From an uncultured Poribacteria bacterium (GTDB lineage Bacteria; Poribacteria; WGA-4E; WGA-3G): a stretch of 64,000 nt of DNA. Position numbers and translations under genes: made by a program. Within the stretch, counting starts at the first letter, position 1. The number at the start of each line of letters is the position of its first letter. The notes under the pieces were generated by a model. That model was given only the letters and a program-made list of their open reading frames with translations. It had not been told where the DNA came from and made no database searches. Below are positions 1 to 9,956 of this stretch, in pieces. The stretch is taken from NCBI GenBank assembly GCA_958296135.2, contig CATQHZ020000001.1, positions 3,808,001 through 3,872,000 on the forward strand, given 5' to 3'.

Positions 1-613
1 GATTAGCCGCGCGCATGCGAGCAAGCGGTATGCTATCCCTTACGACATCCACCCGCGCCTCACCGAAATCGGGTGGGAGTTTATTGATGACATCACTTGG
101 GTGAAACCGGATTATGCCGCGAAGAACCGGAACGGCGGTTTCTTTCAACACCGCAAACCGCTCGGTTACAAGGCGAATTCTGTCACCGAATCGGTTATGG
201 TTTATCGGAAGAAAACGGACAAACTGCTCGATTGGAACATGCGGCAATATGACGCGGAAACAATTGAAGCCAGCAGAATCTTGGGCGATTATGACAAGAC
301 AAATGTCTGGCAAATCAATCCCTCAGCGGACAAAGTGCATCCGGCCGTCTTTCCGGTTGAGTTGGCGGTGCGCGTTATTCAGTTCTACTCCTTCAAAGGC
401 GATTTGGTGTTCGACCCGTTTGGCGGAAGCGGCACCGTTGGCCAGGCGGCAATGGCCCTGGAAAGGTATTTTCTCCTCTGTGAAAAAGAGGCAGAATACG
501 TGGAACGCGCGATGCAACGGCTTGACGCATCCCTATTCTCCCCCGAACAGCCGCCAAGGAGCCTCTCCTTGGCAGAACTTAACACTGAAGAACGGAGAAA
601 TCACAAACCGTGA
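1..613 (+). CDS. N4/N6 DNA methyltransferase (beta class), 5' end outside the window; probable partner of the CfrBI-like endonuclease
   Basis: HPAVFP and VFDPFGGSGT SAM-binding motifs. The stop overlaps the GTG start of the downstream endonuclease (GTGA). Confidence 0.85.
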   Translation, partial: ISRAHASKRYAIPYDIHPRLTEIGWEFIDDITWVKPDYAAKNRNGGFFQHRKPLGYKANSVTESVMVYRKKTDKLLDWNMRQYDAETIEASRILGDYDKTNVWQINPSADKVHPAVFPVELAVRVIQFYSFKGDLVFDPFGGSGTVGQAAMALERYFLLCEKEAEYVERAMQRLDASLFSPEQPPRSLSLAELNTEERRNHKP

Positions 614-1599
614 CTGTTACTGGAGTCGTCATTAAGAATATCATTCGCAAACTCATCGCGGGTGAAGATTACCGGTCGGAAGTCATTACCCTAATCGATG
701 CCGAGTTCTTGCAATACGTTGTGGATTTTTTCAAACGCATTGCGCACGCCAAGTTGGAGAATCAAGCCGTAACCGCCGATTGGTATAGAAAGGAACTCCT
801 CTGCGATGAGTCGCTGACCAAGGAGGAGGTAGCCGTCCATTCGGGCATGAACATGAAAACTATCTCCAATATGTATAACTCGGCGAGCAAGAAAATCGTG
901 CTAGAAGCATCGTTGGAACACTACGATGCGCTTTACAACGCGATTCATAACCTCACCGAGCAGGACGACGTTGACATAACGTTAACCATAAAACTTCGTC
1001 ACGTAAGCGTTGACCTGAGTCTTAACGAAAGTTTGGTTGTCATCAACACGCTGGCAGTCAAACGTTCGGCACTTCGCGGCGGATTATGGAGCACTGCCGG
1101 GAAACAGGTTGAAAAACCTCTGATGGCAACGCTTTGTGCCCTTTTCCAAGTGCCGAGAAGGTTCTTCGATCAGAGCAATCTTCCGGATTCATTGCGTGAA
1201 GCGGATTTTTATCTTCTCGATGAGACCGGCACGCGGCACCGCTGTGAGGTGAAACTCATGGGAAAAGGTAACCCTGAAAGTGCAGACGTGGTTTACGCGC
1301 GCGGCAGCCGTGTGTTGGTTGCCAACAAACTCTCTGACGCAAACAAAGCGCAGATGGCATCAAATGACATCCTTTGGGTCGAACTCCAAGCAATCCACGG
1401 TTATCAGCGATTTGAGCAGGTGCTCAAGGCACTTTCTATTCCGTGTCGCCCGTTTACCGGAGAACTGCAACCAGCGTTGGATAAAATTTTGCCTGTCATA
1501 CTCTCCGATGACGTGCAGGCCTCCGTCACGCCAGAGGCAATTCTACAAGAACAGGAGCAAGGGCTGAATCACCTTTCAGAACTATTGGTTAAATTGTAA
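610..1599 (+). CDS. Type II restriction endonuclease, CfrBI family
   Basis: KLIAGEDYR...FFKRI..AKL...DWY N-terminus, plus ALRGGLWSTAGKQVEKPL and CEVKLMGKGNPESAD motifs recalled for RE_CfrBI. Adjacent to a methyltransferase. Confidence 0.75.
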   Translation: MTVTGVVIKNIIRKLIAGEDYRSEVITLIDAEFLQYVVDFFKRIAHAKLENQAVTADWYRKELLCDESLTKEEVAVHSGMNMKTISNMYNSASKKIVLEASLEHYDALYNAIHNLTEQDDVDITLTIKLRHVSVDLSLNESLVVINTLAVKRSALRGGLWSTAGKQVEKPLMATLCALFQVPRRFFDQSNLPDSLREADFYLLDETGTRHRCEVKLMGKGNPESADVVYARGSRVLVANKLSDANKAQMASNDILWVELQAIHGYQRFEQVLKALSIPCRPFTGELQPALDKILPVILSDDVQASVTPEAILQEQEQGLNHLSELLVKL

Positions 1600-2312
1600 T
1601 GAAAATCTTAGGTATTGACACCGCAACCCCTATCGGAAGCGTCGCCTTAATTGATGGCGAAAGCCTCATCGCAGAGCATACGCTCAATATCGTGCAAGCG
1701 CACTCCTCGCGACTCATGCCTGCGATTGACACCGTCCTCAAATGGGGCGACATCACCGCGGCGGAACTCGACGGATGCGCCGTCGGCATCGGACCGGGTT
1801 CCTTCACCGGCATCCGCATCGGCATCGCAACAATCAAATCGCTCTGTTACGCACTTGATAAACCGATTGTCGGCGTTTCAACGCTAGAATCCATCGCCTA
1901 TAACCTGCGCTGGACTGAAGGCATCATCTGCCCAATACTCGATGCACGACGGAACGAGATTTACGGGGCTATCTTCCGCGGTGGAGACAAATGGCAACGC
2001 CTCAGCGATGATTGCTGTGTAACGGTTGCGTCATTTCTTGCGGAATTTAGCAAGACTAGAAGGGTTCTCCTATCGGAAATCGAGACCGGGGGGACGCACC
2101 TACTGCCGTGCACCTTCGTTGGCGATGGACTGGAGATTTATGCGGATGCGGTGCAGGCGGTACTAGGCGAAGAAATCCGCTTCGCCGATGCAATTTTCAA
2201 TGTGCCGCGCGGTGCGACAGTCGCACACCTCGGCGCGCAACGCTTACAAAATGGGGACAGCGATAGTTATTGGACTTTAGTGCCGAACTATGTTAGAATA
2301 GGGCTCTATTGA
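1599..2312 (+). CDS. tsaB: tRNA threonylcarbamoyladenosine biosynthesis protein TsaB
   Basis: ILGIDTAT, HSSRLMPAID, GPGSFTGIRIG, DARRNEIY and PNYVR motifs. Confidence 0.95.
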   Translation: MKILGIDTATPIGSVALIDGESLIAEHTLNIVQAHSSRLMPAIDTVLKWGDITAAELDGCAVGIGPGSFTGIRIGIATIKSLCYALDKPIVGVSTLESIAYNLRWTEGIICPILDARRNEIYGAIFRGGDKWQRLSDDCCVTVASFLAEFSKTRRVLLSEIETGGTHLLPCTFVGDGLEIYADAVQAVLGEEIRFADAIFNVPRGATVAHLGAQRLQNGDSDSYWTLVPNYVRIGLY

Positions 2313-5300
2313 GGAGGGAAACTACCTTGTTTAAGGATTATCTCAGAGAAATAGAGCAGAAATGGCACAGCGGCCGCGCAACCGAACATACCTATCGCTC
2401 GAATCTGGAGCGGTTGCTCACCGATTTTCTGAAATCCGATGAGTATACCGTAATCAACGAACCGACGCACCTCGGGCGCAACGCACCGGACATGCTCATC
2501 CTCAAGAATCAGCAACCAGTCGGCTACATTGAGGCGAAAAATATTGGGGCTAACCTTGACAAAGTTGAGGAAACAGAGCAGCTCCAACGCTACCGAAACG
2601 GGTTGGAAAACCTGATTCTGACAGATTACCTCGAATTCCGCCTGTATCGCCAGAGCAAGAAGCACCAAAGCGTTCGGCTTGGTGATGTCTCGTCGCAGCG
2701 GCACTTTCAGTATCTTCCTGAAAACGAATCCGACATCAGGGATTTGCTGAACGCCTTCATCTACGGACATCAACCTGTCGTCGTCATCAGTCCGGAAGAT
2801 TTGGCGGCGCGGCTGAGTCAGAAGGCACTTCTCCTTCGCTACGGGATAAGCCGTATCCTAGAGAACGACAACGCCTCAAAACTCGGCGAACTCTTCGCGG
2901 CGTTCAAAGAGCATCTGGTTGAAGGGCTATCTCCATCGCAATTCGCGGACATGATAGCCCAAACGATGACTTACGGCCTGTTCGCCGCCCGCGCCGAACA
3001 CAAAAGCGGGCCGTTTACGCGAGAGAGTGCCGTGAAAGGTTTCTTGAAAACCAGTCCCTTCCTGCACGCAATTTTCACGCGTGCCGATAAGGGGCTCCAG
3101 GAAGATGCAAACCTGCTTTCACAAGAAATCCTGCTTGACGCGGATCTGAATTGGATTGTGGATGACTTGGTTGCATTCCTTGAGGCAAGCGATATCCATA
3201 ACCTCCTTAAGGGTGTTGCCCAAGGCGATGCCATTGTTCATTTTTATGAGACATTCTTAAGGGCATATAATCCGAACGAAAAGAAGTTGCGCGGGGTATA
3301 CTACACGCCGGATGCGGTTGTCTCTTACATTGTGCGCAGCGTCCACCAGATTTTGCAGAGAGACTTCGGTATTCCGAATGGGCTCGCCGCCACCGAAACC
3401 GTCGCGCAACACAGCGGCGCAGCGCGAACCCAACCGCGGGTAACAATTCTCGACCCGGCCACCGGCACCGGCACCTTCTTACGGCACGTCGTTGACAAGG
3501 TGCATGATGTCTACATAACCGCGCAAGGCAATTCTCCGCAAACCTGGCCCGATTACGTTCGGAAACATCTCCTGCCGCGCCTCTTCGGTTTTGAACTGAT
3601 GGTAGCACCGTATGCGATGTGTCACCTCAGTTTAACGCAGCACCTTGTCAGAATGGGTTACCACTTTACGGAAGACGAACGGCTGCATGTTTATCTCACC
3701 AATACGCTGGACGAACGTGACTTGCAGCTCTATCTCGCTGAGGAGAACGCAATCGCGAAAGAGGGCGATGCCGCCATCAAAATTAAGAAGTTATATCAAC
3801 TGATGGTTATCCTTGGCAACCCGCCTTATGCTGTCCACTCGGCAAACAAAAGCGATTGGATTCACAACCTGCTGCGCGGTTTCGATGGTAGCGACACTGA
3901 GACAGCGAACTACTTCCAAGTTGATGGGCAGCCACTCAACGAGAGAAACCCGAAGATGCTCAACGATGACTACGTCAAATTTTTCCGATTCGCGCAGTGG
4001 CATATTGAACGGACAGGTTATGGCGTGCTCGGCCTCATTACCAACCACGGCTACCTTGACAATCTCACCTTCCGGGGAATGCGGGAAAGTTTGATGCGCA
4101 CCTTTGACGAAATTTACCTGCTGAACCTGCACGGGAATCTGAGAAAAAAAGAGAAAACTCCCGACGGTGGGAAAGACGAGAACGTGTTTGATATCATGCA
4201 AGGAGTTGCAATCGGCTTCTTTGTCAAAAAGGAAGGAGACGCGAACCTACCCTGCCGTGTCTTTTACGCCGACAGCTGGGGAAACCGCGCAAGCAAAATG
4301 AATTGGTTGGCGGAAAACGATATCCACACCACACCGTGGCGAGAAATTTCGCCTACGTCGCCGCACTACTTCTTTGTGCCTAAGGATGCAACCTACGTGG
4401 AAGAATACGAAAGCGGCATAAGCGTTAAGGAAATTTTCCAGGTCAATTCCGTAAGTATCTCTAGCGGCAGAGACAAATTAACGATTCACTGGACGCGAGA
4501 AGACGTACTACAAGTGGTTCGTCAATTCCGCTCGCTGTCGGTAGACGAGGCCTGTCAACGATTCAGTCTCGCCGAAGGGACAGTAGCACTTATACGAGCG
4601 GATCTGGACGAGCCCCCAGAGAGCCCTGGTACCGCCGAGCATATTGTGCCAATTTGCTATCGGCCGTTTGATACGCGCTTTACGTATTACACGGGACGCT
4701 CTGGCGGCTTTCACGACAGGCCGCGACGTGATGTAATGCAGCATTTCCTCAATGCTTCAAATGTGGGGTTGGTTACGGCTCGGTACAATCCACAAGCGTC
4801 TGGGTGGTGTCATGCCTTCGTCTCTCACAATATGCTAGCCATCTCCAACCAATACTACTTTTTTCCGCTCTACCGTTACCCAGATGGCGGAGAAGAACCT
4901 GAACCGAATTTTGCGGAAGGATTTGCCGAGCAACTCGCCCAAAATTTGGGGTTGCGTTTTATCGGATGCGGCTGTGGCGATTTGCACGAAACCTTTGGCG
5001 CGACAGATGTCCTACACTACCTCTATGCCGTGCTCTATGCTCCCAGTTATCGGGAACGCTACGCAGAATGCCTCAAAACTGATTTTCCGCGTATCGCGTT
5101 CACACATCAGCGAAACTTTTTCCAAGTGTTGTGTAAATTTGGCAAACGGTTAGTCAATTGCCATATCCCAACTTCAGAGGGCGAGGTTCACAAAAGCGAA
5201 CCTCGCTTCGATGTGGTGGGCAGCAACGTTGTCGGGCAAATTCGCTATGATGCATCAGTACCCCAGGTCTGGATAAATAAGCGTCAGTATTTTGAGGGAG

Positions 5301-5497
5301 TCATTCCGGAAGTGTGGCAATTTCAGATTGGCGCATATTCCCCTGCGCAAAATTGGCTGAAAGTTCGGAAGGGACGCATCTTGCAACCGGAGGATATTCG
5401 GCACTATCAGTCCATCTGCCAAGCCCTGCGTGAAACCCTATCGGTGATGGCAGAAATCGATAAGGAAATTGAACGGCATGGGGGATGGCCCTTGTAG
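2309..5497 (+). CDS. Fused restriction-modification enzyme (type IIG/ISP-like: nuclease, N6-adenine methyltransferase, C-terminal specificity domain)
   Basis: N-terminal PD...IEAK nuclease motif, GVYYTP, ILDPATGTGTF, GNPPY, and a type-ISP-like C-terminus (YRPFD, DFPRI, VWQFQIGAY..NWLK.RKGR). Confidence 0.85.
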   Translation: MRRETTLFKDYLREIEQKWHSGRATEHTYRSNLERLLTDFLKSDEYTVINEPTHLGRNAPDMLILKNQQPVGYIEAKNIGANLDKVEETEQLQRYRNGLENLILTDYLEFRLYRQSKKHQSVRLGDVSSQRHFQYLPENESDIRDLLNAFIYGHQPVVVISPEDLAARLSQKALLLRYGISRILENDNASKLGELFAAFKEHLVEGLSPSQFADMIAQTMTYGLFAARAEHKSGPFTRESAVKGFLKTSPFLHAIFTRADKGLQEDANLLSQEILLDADLNWIVDDLVAFLEASDIHNLLKGVAQGDAIVHFYETFLRAYNPNEKKLRGVYYTPDAVVSYIVRSVHQILQRDFGIPNGLAATETVAQHSGAARTQPRVTILDPATGTGTFLRHVVDKVHDVYITAQGNSPQTWPDYVRKHLLPRLFGFELMVAPYAMCHLSLTQHLVRMGYHFTEDERLHVYLTNTLDERDLQLYLAEENAIAKEGDAAIKIKKLYQLMVILGNPPYAVHSANKSDWIHNLLRGFDGSDTETANYFQVDGQPLNERNPKMLNDDYVKFFRFAQWHIERTGYGVLGLITNHGYLDNLTFRGMRESLMRTFDEIYLLNLHGNLRKKEKTPDGGKDENVFDIMQGVAIGFFVKKEGDANLPCRVFYADSWGNRASKMNWLAENDIHTTPWREISPTSPHYFFVPKDATYVEEYESGISVKEIFQVNSVSISSGRDKLTIHWTREDVLQVVRQFRSLSVDEACQRFSLAEGTVALIRADLDEPPESPGTAEHIVPICYRPFDTRFTYYTGRSGGFHDRPRRDVMQHFLNASNVGLVTARYNPQASGWCHAFVSHNMLAISNQYYFFPLYRYPDGGEEPEPNFAEGFAEQLAQNLGLRFIGCGCGDLHETFGATDVLHYLYAVLYAPSYRERYAECLKTDFPRIAFTHQRNFFQVLCKFGKRLVNCHIPTSEGEVHKSEPRFDVVGSNVVGQIRYDASVPQVWINKRQYFEGVIPEVWQFQIGAYSPAQNWLKVRKGRILQPEDIRHYQSICQALRETLSVMAEIDKEIERHGGWPL

Positions 5498-5625
5498 AAT
5501 TCCCCTAATCGGCGAGGCAAAGCGACTGAGAAAAAATAGCATCGAAAACTTAGAACTTAGTCATCGTCAACGGCGATGACGGCCTTACGAGAACAGACGT
5601 TCTTTTACCAGAAACGTAGCACGCA

Positions 5626-7095
5626 TTGCGAACAACAAAAATAGTCCAAAACACGTCCACACTTTTCGGCGCGCATCTCCTCGGGCGGCTTGGTGCGCTC
5701 GTGATAACTATCTGGCTCATGCCGCGGTATTTCACCGCAAACGCGCTCGGCGGCTATTTCGTCGCGATTGCCCTCACGAACCTCATCGCCAGCCTCACGG
5801 AGTTGGGGCTCCAAAACCCGCTCATCCGAGAGATGACGCTAGACTTGCCGCGCACTCGGCAATTCCTCGGCAACGCGCTCCTCGTGCGCGGTGTCTTATC
5901 GCTCATCGCCTACGCCCTCATGATGATGAGCGGCGTGCAACTCGGCTACGCCCCGGTTATCGTAGAGATGATAGTCTTTTTAGGGCTGGCAGAGATTGCC
6001 AATTCCCTCGCGCAGCTGTATCGCTGCGTCTTCCGCGCGCACGAACAGATGACATACGAGGCACTGACCGTGGTGGCCGAGCGCGGTGCTTTCGTCCTCA
6101 TCGGCGGCGGCGCGATTTTGCTCGGATATGGGCTTGTACCTGTCTGTCAAGCGATGCTGGCGGCGAGTTGCATCAACCTGATGCTGAGCATCGGCATTGC
6201 GAAATATCGATTTCTGAGTGCGCCGCGCACGGCGCAGGACAGGTTTCCCTCGCCCTACCGGTTCAGTTGGCAAATCGTTGAAGTGCTGATGCGGCAGGCA
6301 TTGCCGTTCGCAGTCGGTAACCTCTTCAACCTGCTCTATTTTCGCATCGATGCGATTCTGTTGTCAAAACTCAGTCCAGATGGCGTAGATGCGAATACGT
6401 GGTACGGCTTGGCGTATACGCTAGTTAATGCGTTCACGATTCTGCCGGGCGCGTTCATGATGGGCGCGATGTTCCCCGTCCTCTCCCGCGCGTTTGAGCA
6501 AGCCCCAGCCGAATTCCCGAAGGCATACACATTCGGCGTGCGGTGGATGGTGCTGAGCGGCATCCCGCTCGCCGTGGGGCTTGCAACCCTCTCTCACGAG
6601 ATTACCGCGGCATTATTCCCCGCGGAGACGGTAGATAACATCGCGGTAGCATTGCGATGGCTCGGCGGTTCCGGCGGACTTATCTTCTTAACGACAGTCG
6701 TCTTGACAGTGCTACGCGCCGCCGATAAACGCCGGGCGTTCTCACTGCTCATGGCGACAACCGCACTGCTAAACATCGGTTTGAATCTGTTCCTCATCCC
6801 GCGGTTCAGCCACGTCGGTGCAGCGATAGCGATGGTTCTCAGCGAGGCGTATCTGCTCATCGCCGGGTTCGGCTACATCTCAAAGCGGCTTGCCAAACTG
6901 ACCGAAACGGGATTTATTGTCAAGGCGGTTGTCCTCTCGCTTTTGATGGGAGCAGGGCTGGTTTTGATGAGAGGGTTGCTGTCGGTTTGGGCGTTGATTC
7001 CGCTAGCGGTGTTGTTTTATAGCGGTGGGCTAGCGGTTTTGGGGGAGTTCCGCACGCTAAAAAAACTTGACATTGACTCGGGAGATGAGGTATAA
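5626..7095 (+). CDS. Polysaccharide flippase (Wzx/MATE-like)
   Basis: About 12-14 hydrophobic segments, RIDAILLSKL and LNLFLIPRFSHVGAAIA motifs. Confidence 0.85.
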   Translation: MRTTKIVQNTSTLFGAHLLGRLGALVITIWLMPRYFTANALGGYFVAIALTNLIASLTELGLQNPLIREMTLDLPRTRQFLGNALLVRGVLSLIAYALMMMSGVQLGYAPVIVEMIVFLGLAEIANSLAQLYRCVFRAHEQMTYEALTVVAERGAFVLIGGGAILLGYGLVPVCQAMLAASCINLMLSIGIAKYRFLSAPRTAQDRFPSPYRFSWQIVEVLMRQALPFAVGNLFNLLYFRIDAILLSKLSPDGVDANTWYGLAYTLVNAFTILPGAFMMGAMFPVLSRAFEQAPAEFPKAYTFGVRWMVLSGIPLAVGLATLSHEITAALFPAETVDNIAVALRWLGGSGGLIFLTTVVLTVLRAADKRRAFSLLMATTALLNIGLNLFLIPRFSHVGAAIAMVLSEAYLLIAGFGYISKRLAKLTETGFIVKAVVLSLLMGAGLVLMRGLLSVWALIPLAVLFYSGGLAVLGEFRTLKKLDIDSGDEV

Positions 7096-7130
7096 TAATA
7101 GAGAGAAAACATCACATAGGAGGAACAGAG

Positions 7131-7301
7131 ATGTCAATTCGCGAAGGAACGATGCACTTAACAGTAGAACGCCTGCTTGATAGCGTCAGGCAGCTATCTC
7201 CCACCGAATTGTGGGAGTTCACCGAGCGGTTTGTTGTGGCGCAAATGCTTGGAATTGAAAGAGGTAAACGATGCGTTTTGGGCCTATTAGGGAATTCCTG
7301 A
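7131..7301 (+). CDS. Small hypothetical protein (56 aa), possibly a gene remnant
   Basis: AGGAGG ribosome-binding site before the ATG, and TTGACA-18-TATAAT at 7067-7096. Below the length cutoff of the ORF track. Confidence 0.4.
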   Translation: MSIREGTMHLTVERLLDSVRQLSPTELWEFTERFVVAQMLGIERGKRCVLGLLGNS

Positions 7302-7325
7302 AAAAATTTTGATGGAAAAATTAAT

Positions 7326-7354
7326 TTGACATTCTTAACAAAAAATGATATAAT
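7326..7354 (+). promoter_or_regulatory. Consensus sigma70 promoter
   Basis: TTGACA-17 nt-TATAAT with an extended -10 TG. It may originally have driven tcmP-DUF5131 before the IS insertion. Confidence 0.7.
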
Positions 7355-7430
7355 TTAATATAGTTAACGACGAACCGAACGTAAAAAGGAGGGCTCGGTG
7401 CAGTGGCGATAACTCTATGAGATACTAGGA

Positions 7431-8861
7431 GTATCTGCCCTAATCTAGCAGTGTGCATTTTTATTTGCAGTCGCCGTGGATTTGTGGTAGAATGTAGTTA
7501 CCGTTGGGGGCGAGACGGCTAGGTGCGGCTGCCCGCCGTGTCTCTCGCCCCACCTATCTAGCAGAAGGTGACAACCAACGGGAACGGTGACGCTATGGCA
7601 CTACGAGCCCAGAAGATAGCACTCAATCCAACTGAGGAACAGGTCGAGGCATTTAACCTGCATGTGCAATTCGCACGCGCCGCCTATAATGCCGCGCATT
7701 CTGATTGGAACGCCGACCGCCGTAACTCCCTCTATGATTTGAAGAAAATCTTCAACTCACGGAAGCGCGAGGTGTTCCCCGAATTCGCCGCGTGTTCTCA
7801 AAACGCAGGCAAGACTGCTATCCACGCTTTCGGTGATGCTATCGCCAGATACAAATCGGGACAGAATGGTGCGCCCAAACGGAAGACGCATAAGTCTCGC
7901 CCCGCGTTCCAGATTGATAATGGTGTGGATAGCGTCAAAATAACGGAGGACGGCAAACACGTCGTCCTCCCGATAATTGGACAGGTTAGGTTGCATGAAA
8001 CCCCTCGATGGACAGGTGAAGTTCGCCGTGCTTTCGTCAAACGCATCGCACATCGTTGGTATCTCAGCATCCTCGTCGACGTTAACGAACCGGAACCGCC
8101 TGATAGTTCCAACCTGCCCGCCGCAGGTTGTGATGTCGGCATCTCTGCCCTCGCCACGATGGACGATGGCACTGTCTATGAAAATCCGCGTGCCTTGCGC
8201 GTCAATGAACGCAAACTACGCCGTGCAAATAAGGCACTCGCCCGCAAGACGTTCATGAGCCGCAACTGGTGGAAGGCGAAGGAACGCCTCGCCCGCCTGC
8301 ATGCCCGTATCGCCAATGTGCGAACCGATGCCCATCATCAGGCGACACATCGCATCCTGCAAGGCATCTCGGCACTTGGCATCGAGAGCCTCACCGTCAA
8401 AGGTTTGATGAAAAATCGCAAGCTGAGCAAGGCACTCGCCGATGCAAGTCTTGGCGGCTTCCTCGTCAAACTCAAATATAAGGCGGTGTGGCGTGGCATC
8501 CGCATTGTGTCAGCAGATAAGTTCTGGCCGTCAACACAGCGATGCAGTTCTTGTGGATACGTCAAACGTGGCGAATTCAAACTGACGCTCAAGGACAGAG
8601 AATATCACTGCGGCATCTGCGGATGGGTAGAGGACAGAGACGTTAACGCCGCTATAAACCTTCGACAGCTCGCCTCAAGCACTGAGGAGAGTCAAAACGC
8701 CTGTGGAGATGCTGTAACACCTACTTTGGTAGGCTGGCATCAGAACCCGCGTGTGCGCGGAAGAAGCAGGAAACCGCTGACCGAACAGAGACTCGTAGAC
8801 TTTGCACAGGTTTCCAGATAAGTCTACATTTGACGAGATGCTCATAGGTTATGTAGTGCGG
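7431..8861 (+). mobile_element. Non-autonomous IS607-type element (tnpB only)
   Basis: Shares a left motif (TGCATTTTTATTTGCAGT..17 nt..TAGAAT) and a right end (CAGATA..ACATTT..GAGATG..TAGGTT..AGTGCGG) with the second element at 37137-38916. The left boundary is approximate. Confidence 0.65.
7595..8821 (+). CDS. tnpB: RNA-guided endonuclease TnpB
   Basis: N-terminal AQKIALNPT, RuvC motifs GCDVGI / IESL / DRDVNAAINL, and a CSSCG...CGICG zinc ribbon. Catalytic residues appear intact. Confidence 0.92.
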   Translation: MALRAQKIALNPTEEQVEAFNLHVQFARAAYNAAHSDWNADRRNSLYDLKKIFNSRKREVFPEFAACSQNAGKTAIHAFGDAIARYKSGQNGAPKRKTHKSRPAFQIDNGVDSVKITEDGKHVVLPIIGQVRLHETPRWTGEVRRAFVKRIAHRWYLSILVDVNEPEPPDSSNLPAAGCDVGISALATMDDGTVYENPRALRVNERKLRRANKALARKTFMSRNWWKAKERLARLHARIANVRTDAHHQATHRILQGISALGIESLTVKGLMKNRKLSKALADASLGGFLVKLKYKAVWRGIRIVSADKFWPSTQRCSSCGYVKRGEFKLTLKDREYHCGICGWVEDRDVNAAINLRQLASSTEESQNACGDAVTPTLVGWHQNPRVRGRSRKPLTEQRLVDFAQVSR

Positions 8862-8866
8862 TGACA

Positions 8867-9163
8867 ATGAATACCCAAGGACAGATGTTCGGCGGAAACT
8901 GGACAGATCAAAAATTGGAGTGCGTAAGGAAATACCTGCGCGCCTACACAACGATTATGGTTAAGCAGCCCTTTCGTTTCGCTTACAATGTATTTGAGCA
9001 AGTGGCTGATAATCCGCTTCTTCATTACAATTCAAAAAATGTTCCCCTGTATCTGCTCTGCTTTGCCGCAGGAAACCCAAAAGGGGCACCAACGGCAGTA
9101 AAGATTGCCCAGCATATCCTAAACGGAATGCGAACCGGCCCACAACTAACGCTTGAAATATAA
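8867..9163 (+). pseudogene. Three-Cys-motif partner protein TcmP with a large in-frame internal deletion
   Basis: The N-terminus FGGNWT..KL...YL.AYT is joined directly to the C-terminus PL..NSKNVPLYLLCFAAGNPKG..IAQHIL. The expected IDAFAG methyltransferase core is absent. Lies upstream of DUF5131. Confidence 0.65.
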
Positions 9164-9174
9164 GAGGTAACCCA

Positions 9175-9936
9175 ATGGCAGCTCAAACATCCAAAATCGA
9201 GTGGACAGAATCAACTTGGAACCCCGTCCGCGGATGCACGCGGGTCTCAGAAGGGTGCCGGTTCTGTTATGCTGAACGGATCGCGTCGCGATTTTCTGAC
9301 GAAGGCATGGCATACGAGGGCCTCGCCGAAAACACCAAAGCCGGTCCGCGCTGGACACAGGAAGTCAGGATTGTCCGAGAAGCGTTCAAGGCACCCCTGA
9401 AATGGAGAAAACCGCGCCGAATTTTCGTCAATTCCATGAGCGACATCTTCCATGAAAAGATCGAATTATCGACGATTCAGGAGCTCTTCGATGTCATGAA
9501 GAAAGCGGATTGGCACCAATTCCAGCTCTTGACGAAGCGAGCAGAACGGCTATTGGCATGCAACGCCGCCTTGCCGTGGCCGCCGAACGTCTGGATGGGA
9601 GTGAGCGTGGAAGATGAGCAAGTTATGCATCGGATAGATGCGCTGCGGCAAACCGATGCGCGCATCAAATTCCTCTCACTTGAACCGCTCCTCGGTCCGC
9701 TTCCGAATTTAGACTTAAGCGGGATAGACTGGGTTATCGTCGGCGGAGAATCCGGTCCGGGTGCACGTCCGATGGATAAAGCATGGGTGATTGCCATCCG
9801 AGAGCGGTGTGCGGAGGCGGGTGTGCCGTTTTTCTTTAAGCAGTGGGGTGGCGTGCGTAAATCGAAAACGGGGCGCGAGTTGGATGGAAAATTTTATGAC
9901 GAGATGCCGCACACGCCGCTATTGCAAATGAGATAG
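9175..9936 (+). CDS. DUF5131 (phage Gp37/Gp68-like, three-Cys motif) protein
   Basis: IEWT..TWNPVRGC.RVSEGCRFCYAE, FVNSMSDIFH, FLSLEPLLG, DWVIVGGESG and FFFKQWGG motifs. Confidence 0.92.
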   Translation: MAAQTSKIEWTESTWNPVRGCTRVSEGCRFCYAERIASRFSDEGMAYEGLAENTKAGPRWTQEVRIVREAFKAPLKWRKPRRIFVNSMSDIFHEKIELSTIQELFDVMKKADWHQFQLLTKRAERLLACNAALPWPPNVWMGVSVEDEQVMHRIDALRQTDARIKFLSLEPLLGPLPNLDLSGIDWVIVGGESGPGARPMDKAWVIAIRERCAEAGVPFFFKQWGGVRKSKTGRELDGKFYDEMPHTPLLQMR

Positions 9937-9956
9937 AAAATCTAATTGCGGGCCTA

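Noticed and set aside
7595-8821. TnpB as a Cas12-like effector of the nearby array
   Set aside because: It has its own IS607-type ends and a close paralogue elsewhere. The array is oriented towards, and complementary to, the IscB omegaRNA.
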